The notes: generated by a model not told the origin, from the letters alone. DNA of 32,000 nucleotides from Desulfotalea psychrophila LSv54 (GCF_000025945.1 NC_006138.1:1650001-1682000); one strand, 5' to 3'. Numbered from the stretch's first letter, positions 9,769 to 19,224 are shown. Made by a program: numbers and translations.

Positions 9769-11473
9769 TTTTTCCCAGTGCTGGTATGGTGATGGTAAAG
9801 GCTGTACCCCCGCCAATATGGGACTGGACGATGATGTCGCCACCCATTTTTTTAACAAGTCCATAGGTGATTGAGAGGCCAAGCCCTGTGCCTTTGCCTG
9901 TTTCTTTTGTGGTGAAAAATGGTTCAAATATGTGGGGGAGGTACTCCTTTGATATGCCCTCGCCTGTATCCTGAATAATAATTTGTACCTCTTCTGCAAG
10001 CAGATGGGTGGTGATGGTAATATTACCGTCGTCTGGAGTAGCATCAATGGCATTATTTATAATGTTTAGGAAGACCTGTTGGAGTTGTACATTGTTGCCA
10101 TAAACGTCGGGCAAACCTCCTTCAAGTCGGAGAACTAGATTGATTTTACTATACATTATAGAATTTTCTAAGAAAGAAAGTACGTCACGAATGATATCAT
10201 TGATTTGAACCTCCCTGAGCTCAACCTCTCCGCGTCTGGCAAAGCCAAGTAGGCGGTGGGTGATTGTTTTGCATCTCTCTATATTTTGGTCAATTGATTT
10301 CAGGCACTTGCTGATGGCTGCCCTATGTTCAAAGTCTGGGGAGAGGCTCAGTAGATCTTCTGCCAGGCCATTTTTTTGATTAACAATAGCAAGGGGATTG
10401 TTAATTTCATGGCCAACACCTGCGGCCAGCCGACCAATGGAGGCAAGTTTGTCGGTGTGCTCAGCCTCTTGGAGGAGAGCGATTTGGATGTCATCTGTTT
10501 TGCGAATGAGATCTTTTAGGGCGCAGGCAATGGCGTAAACAACCGCAGTGCTGGTCAGGAGGCAAGCACTGAGAATGAGGAAAAGCCTGGTGCAAAAAGA
10601 TGTCCACTGTTTATGGGCAAGGTATTTTTTTTCAATGAGCACCAGAGACCAGGGGCTGTTGATGATTTTGCCTATTGCATAGAGGCTGTGGGCATGTGTT
10701 GCCGAGTTGTTTTTATTGCTAGGGTGCAAGATGTCTGGATCATATTTTGAGAGAGGAGGACCAAAAATAGTTGATGCTGTTTGGATAATATTGTTGTCGT
10801 CAATTAGAAAGAGATCTTCCGAAGCCTTGGTTTTGATGGTTTGCACGATTTTTTCGAGGGAGGTGGCGTTTATGGTCGCCCGTAGTATCCACAGTTTTTG
10901 TCTGATAGGATCATAGCTGCTTACGGCTATGGCGAAGTGGGGCACCTTACGGTGTCCCAGGTAGACCTGGCTGATATAAAGACCTTTCTTCGTTACGATT
11001 TCAAGCCAATCTTCCCGGCTATAATCTTCTCCATAGAGACCATAGGGACCAGAGTAGGCCTGTTGTATTCCTGTGTCATCAATAACGCCAATATCTGCAA
11101 TAAAGTTATACTGTTGTTTAATTAGGGCGAGAAGGCTATCTATATTGCCGTCTTCTGTGAGATCCTGAAAGGTGTCATTTATAGAGATAAAATATACCAC
11201 TGATTTAACATTGTCTATCATGGCCGTAAGTGAGCCAACGGACCCATCAAGCCGCCATTTTATTTGCGCCTGTTCCTCGGTTTGTAACAGGCTGACGTAG
11301 TTTTGGTAGCTCAGTAGGGAGATGAGCAGGGCCGGCCCCCAGGCTATAAGAAGCATGGTGAAAAAGAGGAGTTGGCGGAGCCTGCGATAATCCCTGCCAC
11401 CTGCTTCCTCCCTTGCCTGGGAGCTGAGCAATTTCGGGGTTATTTTTTTTATAAATGTCATGAAAAAATTCAT
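9755..11473 (-). CDS. Membrane sensor histidine kinase (Cache-like periplasmic domain, HisKA, HATPase_c)
   Basis: N-terminal TM, about 270-residue extracytoplasmic region, second TM, GHEINNPLAIVNQKNGL, NNAIDATP, DTGEGISKEYLPHIFEPFFTTKETGKGTGLGLS. Confidence 0.92.
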   Translation of the reverse strand: MNFFMTFIKKITPKLLSSQAREEAGGRDYRRLRQLLFFTMLLIAWGPALLISLLSYQNYVSLLQTEEQAQIKWRLDGSVGSLTAMIDNVKSVVYFISINDTFQDLTEDGNIDSLLALIKQQYNFIADIGVIDDTGIQQAYSGPYGLYGEDYSREDWLEIVTKKGLYISQVYLGHRKVPHFAIAVSSYDPIRQKLWILRATINATSLEKIVQTIKTKASEDLFLIDDNNIIQTASTIFGPPLSKYDPDILHPSNKNNSATHAHSLYAIGKIINSPWSLVLIEKKYLAHKQWTSFCTRLFLILSACLLTSTAVVYAIACALKDLIRKTDDIQIALLQEAEHTDKLASIGRLAAGVGHEINNPLAIVNQKNGLAEDLLSLSPDFEHRAAISKCLKSIDQNIERCKTITHRLLGFARRGEVELREVQINDIIRDVLSFLENSIMYSKINLVLRLEGGLPDVYGNNVQLQQVFLNIINNAIDATPDDGNITITTHLLAEEVQIIIQDTGEGISKEYLPHIFEPFFTTKETGKGTGLGLSITYGLVKKMGGDIIVQSHIGGGTAFTITIPALGKNEEN

Positions 11474-11554
11474 AGGTTGAAGATCTCATTATGAAGATAT
11501 TATTTAGTTTCAGAATAAATGTCGTACCTTCAAAAACTGTTTTTTTATCTGAGA

Positions 11555-11588
11555 GCCACGGAACAGAAATTTTTTTCTGATCCGTGGC
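11555..11588. other. Long imperfect hairpin between the DASS permease and the sensor kinase gene
   Basis: GCCACGGAaCAGAAA / TTTCTGaTCCGTGGC, 15-nt arms with one internal mismatch. Confidence 0.6.
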
Positions 11589-11649
11589 CTTTATTATGTT
11601 CCATCCCACTTAACAAAAAAGAGGATGTTACTTTTTATGAAGTCTTCCT

Positions 11650-13170
11650 TTAGATATATATCTTCATACCCATGAGTGGCCAGATAAATTGTACTGAAAT
11701 CCAGACAACAACCATCAAGACTATACTCGCCGGGATGCCATAGAGTACGAATTGTCCTGTGGTGAATTGCTTGGAATTATAAGCAATTGCGTTTGGAGCT
11801 GCTCCCACCAGAAGGAGAAAGGGCATTCCTGCTGTGACCAGTGACGAGAAGAGAATCACCTCTCCGGTAACGCCCAGGTATGGAGCAATAACCAGGGCTA
11901 CGGGCAGTGAGATGGCGATGGCTGCCACATTCATAATGAAGTTGGTCATTATCATGACGAAGAAGGCCATGCCAAGGATGAAGACAATGGCCGGCGCATC
12001 GGTGAAGAGCTGAAGCCAGTTAACGGCAAGCCACTTTGCCGCCCCCGTATCCCAGAGGCAAAAACCAATGGACATGGCACCTGCAAAGAGAAGTATGATG
12101 TTCCAGGGAATCTCTTCAAGGTCATCGATATCTAAAATGTTAAAGATAAAAAAGCAGATGGTGCCTACCAGCATTACCCCCGTTTTGTCAAAATTGGCGA
12201 AAATAGGGACAAAATTTTTCAGGGCAATGACCAGAATAATTAAGAAGACGATCATAAGGGCAATTATTTCGTTTCGGGTCCAGGCCCCGAGTTCTATATA
12301 CATTTTTTTGGATCTTTCCTGGAGGCCCGGGATACTGTCTTTTTCGGGTTTGCAGAATACCATGAAATAGCCCCAGAGCAGGAAGACCATCAGCCAGCCA
12401 ATGGGGAACATGTACATGGTTAATTCGAAAAATGAGATGTCAATATTGGTGATATCTTTGTAGAAACCAAGGGCTACAGCCCCACGTGCGGCCCCCAGCA
12501 GGGTGACAATACTGCCGGCCCCGGCAACGAAGGCCATACCGATAAAGAGTCCTCGACCAAAGCGGGTTTTGTCTCCCTCCTTGTCCACGTAGAGAGCATG
12601 GATGGTCATGAGGAGTGGAAACATTGTTGCTGCCACCGCCGTGTGGGCCATGAGATGGGTAAGGGCTGCCGTCATAACAAAGCAACCGAGATAGATCCTG
12701 CTCGTCTTCTCACCGATTATTGAGAGCATCTTGTAGGCGATTCTTTTGGTCAGGCCTGTCTTGGTAAAGACCATGCCGATGACAATGGAACCAAAGATAA
12801 AGAGCACCGATGGATCCATGAAATCTTTGAAAGCAATCTTGGCTGGTCGAATAAGAAAGAGTGCCTGAGCCGCGCCAATGGCAAGGCTGGTGACGCCAAT
12901 GGGGACAACTTCAAAAACCCACCAGATTGCGGCGAGGCCAAAGAGGGCAAGCGCTCCCTTTGCTTCGTGGCTGAGGGGAAACTCTGTGCCGGCGGGGTCG
13001 ATTGCCGGTGCCCAGTTTGGGGCATAGTAGATTGCCAGGAAAACACCAAGTCCAAGCAGGAGGAAAAAAATTCTTTTTATATCAATTTTCGTTGTTGAGG
13101 GTGTGTCTTTTCCGGAGCTTTCCTTTTGTAGGAGCTGATTATCACTTGCATCTATTTGTGATGCTGGCAT
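11650..13170 (-). CDS. DASS/SLC13 family divalent anion:sodium symporter
   Basis: About 12 TM permease; AAVWWVFEVVPIGVTSL, LTHLMAHTAVAATMFPLL, TNFIMNVAAIAISLPV, SLVTAGMPFLLLVGAAPNAIAYNSKQFTTGQF. Confidence 0.88.
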   Translation of the reverse strand: MPASQIDASDNQLLQKESSGKDTPSTTKIDIKRIFFLLLGLGVFLAIYYAPNWAPAIDPAGTEFPLSHEAKGALALFGLAAIWWVFEVVPIGVTSLAIGAAQALFLIRPAKIAFKDFMDPSVLFIFGSIVIGMVFTKTGLTKRIAYKMLSIIGEKTSRIYLGCFVMTAALTHLMAHTAVAATMFPLLMTIHALYVDKEGDKTRFGRGLFIGMAFVAGAGSIVTLLGAARGAVALGFYKDITNIDISFFELTMYMFPIGWLMVFLLWGYFMVFCKPEKDSIPGLQERSKKMYIELGAWTRNEIIALMIVFLIILVIALKNFVPIFANFDKTGVMLVGTICFFIFNILDIDDLEEIPWNIILLFAGAMSIGFCLWDTGAAKWLAVNWLQLFTDAPAIVFILGMAFFVMIMTNFIMNVAAIAISLPVALVIAPYLGVTGEVILFSSLVTAGMPFLLLVGAAPNAIAYNSKQFTTGQFVLYGIPASIVLMVVVWISVQFIWPLMGMKIYI

Positions 13171-13278
13171 GGTTGCCTCCAGGGATATAAGTCAGGCACT
13201 AAAGCTTGTCAGGCGCAGAGGGCACACCTCAGCTGTCTGTTTTAGTTGCACCTTTAATTTTTTGTAAGGTCGGGGTTG

Positions 13279-13719
13279 TTACCAGGCCCTGTTCTTTAAG
13301 ATCTCTTTGATCGCTTCTGTGGCTTTTTCTTGTGAGATAAGGATTCTTTTATCTTTTGCCTCACTGATTTTTTCTAGAAGTTTTGGGAGATCCAGAGGTT
13401 TTTCTAAGAAATCTTCAGCACCGAGCTTTATTGCCTCTGTACTTGCCTGTATGGTGCCATGGCCACTGAGCATGATTATTTCAGTGTCCGGTGCCGTTTC
13501 CTTGAGCTTTTTCAAGGTCTCCAGGCCATCCATGCCGGGCATGGTGAGGTCGAGGACAACGACATCAAATTTTTCCTTTTCGATAAGTTTTAAGGCATCC
13601 TGGCCGCAGGTGGATGTGCTGACGGTGAGGCCTCGTATTTGTAGACGATTTGAAAGAGTCTCAATAAAATCCTTTTCATCATCAACCAAAAGTACCCGTG
13701 CTTTTATTGTCTCTGCCAT
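13279..13719 (-). CDS. Response regulator (receiver domain)
   Basis: VLLVDDEKDFIETL, VVVLDLTMPGMDGLETL, MLSGHG, GAEDFLEKPLDLPKLLEKI. Confidence 0.88.
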   Translation of the reverse strand: MAETIKARVLLVDDEKDFIETLSNRLQIRGLTVSTSTCGQDALKLIEKEKFDVVVLDLTMPGMDGLETLKKLKETAPDTEIIMLSGHGTIQASTEAIKLGAEDFLEKPLDLPKLLEKISEAKDKRILISQEKATEAIKEILKNRAW

Positions 13720-13730
13720 GGTCTGCTCCT

Positions 13731-14942
13731 CTATGCTGATTTTTGCTGATGGCTTTTATTGGCAGCATTGATGGCTGCAGAAAGTTCCTCTATATCGACG
13801 GGCTTATTCATATAGGCAAATGCCCCAAGGCTCATACACTCCTTCTCATCTTCCAGATCACCATGTCCGGTGAGGATAATGATCTCGATTTCGGGGTATT
13901 GCTTTTTTGTTCTGTGGAGAACCTCTACACCATGCATGCCTGGCATTTTGAGGTCAAGAACCATGACATCGGGCCGGTCCTCTTTGAGAAGTTCCAAGGC
14001 GTCTTCGCCGTTATAGACACCGTAGGTGCCGACATCGCGACTAATAAGACGCTGTGAAACTGTTTGGACAAACTCCTGTTCATCGTCAACAAAGAGTACC
14101 TTGGATGGTAACTCAAATTTTTGTTGGCGGTATATAGAATCCGAATAATCAATCGCCTTGCTTGCCTTTATATCCTTTACTCCGGCAATATCTGAGATGA
14201 GCGATGTGAGATCAGCTGTGAGCTTGTCAAAGTTGAAAACAGTTTTATGAACCTTTAAGTCAACACTCCCTCCCTGGCAGGTAACGGTGAGGGCATGGCC
14301 ATTCTCTAACAATTTTTGCTCAACTTCCGCAGCAGAGAGCATGTCCTTGATTGCCTGGAGGGAATCGGCTGATCGGAGCACTGAAGTTTTTCTATAAAAG
14401 CTGGTTATTTGATTGACAATCTCTTTGAGGTTTTGCCCATTATGTGGAATAATTATATCGTAGAGGGAGGAGTCAAAAGCCTCTTTCTTATAGAGAAAGT
14501 CTGACCAGCTATAGGCTTTACTGTCCTCTTGTCTAATTCTTTTCAGGGCTTCTTTTACAGAAAACCCCTCAGCCTGTGCCTGTTGAACTCTTTCCTCTCT
14601 GTTGCCTGTGACAAGTACGGTGAGGACCTCTGTTATTTTTAGTGGAATAAGCAGGCTGTGGTAGCCAAAAAAGAGATATTTATCGCCGGTACTTAATTTC
14701 TTGACCAAGATCTGGCGGAACATGTTTATGGCTTTCTCTTTTTTCAAGGTGAATTGATTAAAGACTGATGTCTTGTCTGTGAGCAATGTTCTTAGTGGAT
14801 CTTCCTGGCAATGAAAATGGCTGGCAGTTTCTTTAATAAGATCTTCGTCGCCGTATTTCGTTAGCTGGAGCTGTCCGGACAACTCATTAATAATTTCTGT
14901 GCCTTGGCTGAATTCGTATGGGAAAAAAGCAATTGATGACAT
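13731..14942 (-). CDS. Fusion protein: cytidylate-kinase-like domain, BON-like middle region and C-terminal receiver domain
   Basis: N-term: IAFFPYEFSQGTEIINELSGQLQL..., VTGNREERVQQAQAEGFSVKEALKRIRQEDSKAYSWSDFLYKKEAFDSSLYDIII. C-term: VLFVDDEQEFVQTVSQRL...VMVLDLKMPGMHGVEVL...ILTGHG...MNKPVDIEEL. Start at ATG 14942 with GAGGAG upstream. Confidence 0.7.
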   Translation of the reverse strand: MSSIAFFPYEFSQGTEIINELSGQLQLTKYGDEDLIKETASHFHCQEDPLRTLLTDKTSVFNQFTLKKEKAINMFRQILVKKLSTGDKYLFFGYHSLLIPLKITEVLTVLVTGNREERVQQAQAEGFSVKEALKRIRQEDSKAYSWSDFLYKKEAFDSSLYDIIIPHNGQNLKEIVNQITSFYRKTSVLRSADSLQAIKDMLSAAEVEQKLLENGHALTVTCQGGSVDLKVHKTVFNFDKLTADLTSLISDIAGVKDIKASKAIDYSDSIYRQQKFELPSKVLFVDDEQEFVQTVSQRLISRDVGTYGVYNGEDALELLKEDRPDVMVLDLKMPGMHGVEVLHRTKKQYPEIEIIILTGHGDLEDEKECMSLGAFAYMNKPVDIEELSAAINAANKSHQQKSA

Positions 14943-15765
14943 AAATTTCTCCTCTATTTTAAATTGGTTCAAATACCGTAATAATTTTTTTTGTAGTCAG
15001 TTAGGGTGATTTGAAAATTTCGCTAGATCTCAGGTAATCACTGATTTTGAGGTATTTATAAAATTATTTTGAATAACCAAGAAATTTTAAGAAAAGGCTA
15101 TTTTTCAAGGTTCCCTTTAGCAATCAGCTATCTATGCATTTGCCGGTTTGTCATAGGTCTTTGCGTATCAATAAAAAATAGTTGCAGATAATCGTCTCTT
15201 TTATAAAGGAGGCAAAATACTTTTTAAGTTGCTACTTAAATAGTATATGAGCAAATTAAAGGTTAATTCAAATAAAAAAAGTGTTTTTCCAGCGGACCAT
15301 TAGTAACGTTTATTGTGACAATACGCTTATTTACGGTATGGTCGTTCTTTGGAGGTCACCTAGACGGTCTCTGGCAGGGCCTAGGCGTGCAGGGGGTACA
15401 AGGTGAATAACGGGTTATGGATTGTCGTTTCGGTTGCGATTTGAGGAAACCAGAGGTGTTTGAGGCGAGGTTGTAAAGTTATTTTTGTGTGAGAAACTTC
15501 TCTTATGTTCTCATTTGGTAAGCTAAATTGAGAGTTCTATTTGTTAAACATAGGTCAGTAGCAGGTTGCATTTTATATTTGATGATATAGGAAATGCTTC
15601 TGAGAGATGGCTGTAACGGTATATTGTAAAATAGTTTAGGAATGATGGTTGTAAGGGGGAAAATTGTGTCAAGGGGACCTTTTTGTGGGAAGGAGAAAAA
15701 AATATATATAGTGACTCCCAATTCGGTTTGAAAAATTGTAATTTCCTTATCTGGTTGGTAGAAGG

Positions 15766-16300
15766 ATGTATGGGGCAGTTTCTAAGAAAACACTTGTTTT
15801 TACTAGCTTTGTGTCTAATGAGGAGGGATTTTTCAAATATTTATGGGCTGTTATTTTTCTTGTCGTTTTGATCTGGTCAGCCATCGAGCCTAAGGACTAT
15901 ATCAGTTGGTTTCTTGAGGTGGCACCGGCCATCATTGGCGCTCTGCTTCTCTTCTGCACCTATAGGAGCTTCAGGCTCACGGGGCTGGGCTATTTTTTTC
16001 AGGGTTTTGTCCCTGCTCTGCTTGCCCGGGAAATTATTATTTGCAGGCAGGTCTTCACCTCTTGTGCCTGGCAGAATTTCTTTATTATTTGTTTCTGCCT
16101 TGCCTTTAGTGCATTTTATGAATTAATAGAGTGGACTGTGGCAATAATTTCAGGTGAATTTGCCGATGCCTTTCTTGGTGGCCAGGGGGCGATGGGATAC
16201 TCAGTTTGATATGGCCTATGCCCTTCTGGGTGCTATTTTGGCTCTGCTCTGCCTCTCCAGATATCATGATAAACAGCTACAAAAGATAAAAGGATCTTAG
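15766..16300 (+). pseudogene. Decayed YjdF/DUF2238-family membrane protein gene
   Basis: Frame 1 (15766-16209) reads LIWSAIEPKDYISWFLEVAPAIIG...FFQGFVPALLAREI...CLAFSAFYELIEWTVAIISGEFADAFLGGQG; continuation WDTQFDMAYALLGAILALLCLSRYHDKQLQ lies in another frame up to 16300. Frameshift around the G5 run at 16185-16189; internal segment apparently missing after TYRSFRLT. Confidence 0.75.
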
Positions 16301-16303
16301 ATA

Positions 16304-16801
16304 ATGGTAATATTTCGTAGAATAGAAGATGCTGATTGGCCCTATATTGAAAAAATTGAGGAGGAGGTCTATGTCCCCTCTCTAGGTGAGGAGCTTGTTG
16401 TTTTGCAGAGTAAGTACCTTGCCTCCCCGGCCACCTGCCTGGTGGCGGTGGAAGAGAGTGAAGAACTGGCCGGTTACTGTCTTGCCTATCCTCTGGATGC
16501 TTGTACTGTTCCTGCCCTCAATAGCCAAACCAAATTAGGCGGCTCTGTGGAGAGGGGGAATATTTTTATTCATGATCTTGCCATTTCAGCTAAGTATCAG
16601 GGCAGGGGCCTGGGTGCTGAACTCTTTGCTAAGCTCTGTCGATTAATACGGGAGCAGGGCTTTTCTTCTATAACCCTTGTTGCCGTTCAGGAGGGTCCCA
16701 AATTTTGGCATAAACTTGGCTTTACCCCTCATTCAGAATTGGTTGCCGATATTAAGGAGTACGGGGTTGGGGCCCAGTTCATGGTAAGGAATATCGTATA
16801 G
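16304..16801 (+). CDS. GNAT family N-acetyltransferase
   Basis: IFIHDLAISAKYQGRGLGAELFAKLCRLIREQGFSSITLVAVQEGPKFWHKLGF. Confidence 0.85.
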   Translation: MVIFRRIEDADWPYIEKIEEEVYVPSLGEELVVLQSKYLASPATCLVAVEESEELAGYCLAYPLDACTVPALNSQTKLGGSVERGNIFIHDLAISAKYQGRGLGAELFAKLCRLIREQGFSSITLVAVQEGPKFWHKLGFTPHSELVADIKEYGVGAQFMVRNIV

Positions 16802-16842
16802 CGGGCTGTAGAGGCTGACTGCGGGGATAGTGGCACAAAAAG

Positions 16843-16873
16843 CCCGACAGTCTTTAAAGAGACTGTCGGGTTT
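16843..16873. terminator. Rho-independent terminator
   Basis: CCCGACAGTCT-ttaaag-AGACTGTCGGG perfect 11-bp stem then TTT; between convergent genes and so possibly bidirectional. Confidence 0.8.
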
Positions 16874-16915
16874 AATGAGAAGAGGGTGGCTGGTGGGGAG
16901 AGCCTTCTGCTGGGA

Positions 16916-18265
16916 TTAAATTGCCCAACCACCGACATAAAATCCTATCAGGCAGAGGGCAATGATAACTACCCCTGGCTTGAGCTTTTTCCACTCTCCA
17001 CTAAAGAGCCGACCAAAGACCAGGGTGGTAAAGCCCAGGGTGATACCTGTGACGATGTTGCAGCTCAGGACAATGAAGATTGCGCAGGTGAGGCCGGAGA
17101 GGGCGTCCACCCTGTCATCCATTTTTAGCTTGGTGGCGTTGCTGAGCATTAACAGACCAACATACATAAGGGCAGGGGCTGTGGCGTACGATGGGACAAG
17201 GTGGCTCAGTGGTGAGAAGAAGAGCATAAAGAGAAAAAGCAGACCCACCACAATTGCGGTGATACCTGTCTTGCCACCAGCGGCGGTGCCGGCAGCCGAT
17301 TCAATGGTCACGGCAGCAGGTGTTCCACCAACAAATCCTGCAAAAATACTGCTGATAGAGTCGACGGTGAGGGCCTTGTCGCCGTCGATGATTTTTCCAC
17401 TGGCATCGAGCAGGTTTGCCTGACCGGCAAGGGCCCGGATGGAGCCCGTTGCATCAAAGATAGCGGTTATTACCAGGGCAAAAACCACGGGTAGCAGGGC
17501 GGGATTGAGGGCTCCCATTAGATCGAATTGACCAATGAGGCTGTCTTTTGCCCCAAAATCAGGCATGGCAGCAATTCCTTGAAAGCTTACCTGAGGATCA
17601 AAGATGAGGCCAAAGGTGGAGAGGAGAATAATAACCAAGAGGATGGCCCCTGGTACCCTTTTACTTTCAAGGCCGATGGTTGCAGCCAGACCAATGATGG
17701 TGGCAATTACCGGGAGGCTGGTGACGTCCCCTAATTTTACTGGTAGGCCGGCACTATTTGCCACAATAAGTTGGACATTATTGGTGGCAATGAGGAGGAG
17801 GAAGAGACCAATACCAATTCCTGTTCCGTGGGCAATACCAAGGGGGAGGTTGTTCAGTATCCACTGCCGAGCTCCTGTGATGGTAACGGCGGTAAAGATA
17901 AGACCCATAAGCAGGATTGCCCCGAGAGCCACGGGAATTGGAATTCCCTGCCCGAGGACAAGGCTATAGGCGGTAAAGGCGGTAAGCGATATTGCACAGC
18001 CGACGGCCATGGGCAGGTTGGCCCATACTCCCATTAGTATTGAGCCAAAGGCTGCAACCAGACATGTCGCAATAAAAATAGCACCGCCGTTAAAGCCTGC
18101 CTGGCCCAGCATATTAGGAATGACCACAACCATATATACCATGGAGAGGAAGGTAGTAAGTCCTGCAACTATCTCTCGGCGTAGGTTACTACCCCGTTCA
18201 GAAATTTTAAAATAACTATCAATGAGGGATAGCCTGGATTTCGGTGACTTGTTTGGAGATATCAT
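16916..18265 (-). CDS. NCS2 family (AzgA-type) nucleobase permease
   Basis: [87 protein letters not shown] at 18265. Confidence 0.9.
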   Translation of the reverse strand: MISPNKSPKSRLSLIDSYFKISERGSNLRREIVAGLTTFLSMVYMVVVIPNMLGQAGFNGGAIFIATCLVAAFGSILMGVWANLPMAVGCAISLTAFTAYSLVLGQGIPIPVALGAILLMGLIFTAVTITGARQWILNNLPLGIAHGTGIGIGLFLLLIATNNVQLIVANSAGLPVKLGDVTSLPVIATIIGLAATIGLESKRVPGAILLVIILLSTFGLIFDPQVSFQGIAAMPDFGAKDSLIGQFDLMGALNPALLPVVFALVITAIFDATGSIRALAGQANLLDASGKIIDGDKALTVDSISSIFAGFVGGTPAAVTIESAAGTAAGGKTGITAIVVGLLFLFMLFFSPLSHLVPSYATAPALMYVGLLMLSNATKLKMDDRVDALSGLTCAIFIVLSCNIVTGITLGFTTLVFGRLFSGEWKKLKPGVVIIALCLIGFYVGGWAI

Positions 18266-18370
18266 GTTATTACGTTTTTGAACTCTTATTTTGGAGATGG
18301 ATCTTCTCAGGTGGGCGAAAAATGCCAATATACAGTCTGCTCTGGTCTGTATTGACTAAAAAACAGAAAA

Positions 18371-18403
18371 ACCCGCAATCCCGATGGGGGGTTGTGGGCT
18401 TTT
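18371..18403. other. Terminator-like hairpin upstream of the NCS2 permease gene
   Basis: CCCGCAATCCC-gatg-GGGGTTGTGGG with a T run on either strand; about 105 nt upstream of the permease start. Confidence 0.55.
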
Positions 18404-18504
18404 ATACTGAGTATAGAGAACAAACAGGGGAAAAAAAATCAACCCATTTATGGTCTCTCTGGCTGGATTGAAGGCTTTTGTCTTTCTGCAAAACAAAAAA
18501 AAAT

Positions 18505-18533
18505 TTGTAAAACGTTTTTGGCCCGCCTATACT
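18505..18533 (+). promoter_or_regulatory. Sigma70-like promoter for an orphan small transcript
   Basis: TTGTAA (18505-18510), exact 17-nt spacer, TATACT (18528-18533). Confidence 0.55.
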
Positions 18534-18539
18534 TGTCTT

Positions 18540-18620
18540 AGCATCTAAGTGACCTTTTCGATCACTTATCTCTCTCCTTTCTTAATCCCTAGCTTTCCCC
18601 ACAAAGTTGGGGATTTTTTT
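18540..18620 (+). ncRNA. Candidate ~80-nt small RNA
   Basis: Follows the promoter at 18505-18533; hairpin TAAGTGA-ccttttcga-TCACTTA (18546-18568), CU-rich single-stranded stretch, then intrinsic terminator. No ORF. Confidence 0.45.
18595..18620 (+). terminator. Rho-independent terminator
   Basis: TCCCCA-caaagt-TGGGGA followed by T8. Confidence 0.8.
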
Positions 18621-18872
18621 TGCCAGAGTCTTTGCGCATGACTTTGATCGTGACCTTGATCGTGAAGTTCTTTACTGGGGCCCTTCCGGGAGGACTTTGT
18701 CCGCTGTGATGATCGGGGTAGATGGGAGGGGCGACGATAAGTTGAAGATCTTTTCTCTTTGGGGTAGAGTTTGGGCCAGTACTATTGTTTGACCGGCATG
18801 ATGCAGGACAGCTGTAGGCAAACTATTCTGAGTTGTATTTATCTAGAAATATTTAAGAAAAAGAGTGAGATA

Positions 18873-19217
18873 ATGGATTTTAGCTTTGAAGAGGCCGCAC
18901 CCATAGAAATTCGTAGGATGGAAGGCATTGAAGATTATTTTCAAGAGAGAGTAAAGGATATGGTTGTTCAGGCCCTTGAAACAGGCAATACGACCTATCA
19001 GTTAGAGGTGGATGATAAAGAGCATCTCCCCTATCTCCGTGAGCAGTTTGAACTTCTGTTCCGTCTCTCTCACTCCATTGACAAGAGGGATGGAAGCATA
19101 GACTCATATAGGGTTTTTGCAGCCAAGCAGGATGAGGATATGGGAGTGTCATTTACCCTGAGTGCCAGATTTATTGCTTTGCTCAAAACAGAGCCAAAGA
19201 TTTTAGACCTGTTCTAG
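18873..19217 (+). CDS. Hypothetical protein (114 aa)
   Basis: Intact ORF starting MDFSFEEAAPIEIRRMEGIEDYF, no recognised family. Confidence 0.55.
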   Translation: MDFSFEEAAPIEIRRMEGIEDYFQERVKDMVVQALETGNTTYQLEVDDKEHLPYLREQFELLFRLSHSIDKRDGSIDSYRVFAAKQDEDMGVSFTLSARFIALLKTEPKILDLF

Positions 19218-19224
19218 AGATTTT

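Noticed and set aside
18641-18670. 12-bp tandem repeat gatcgtgaccttgatcgtgaag
   Set aside because: Just over two copies, within a doubtful 61-aa ORF; too short for any class of functional repeat array.
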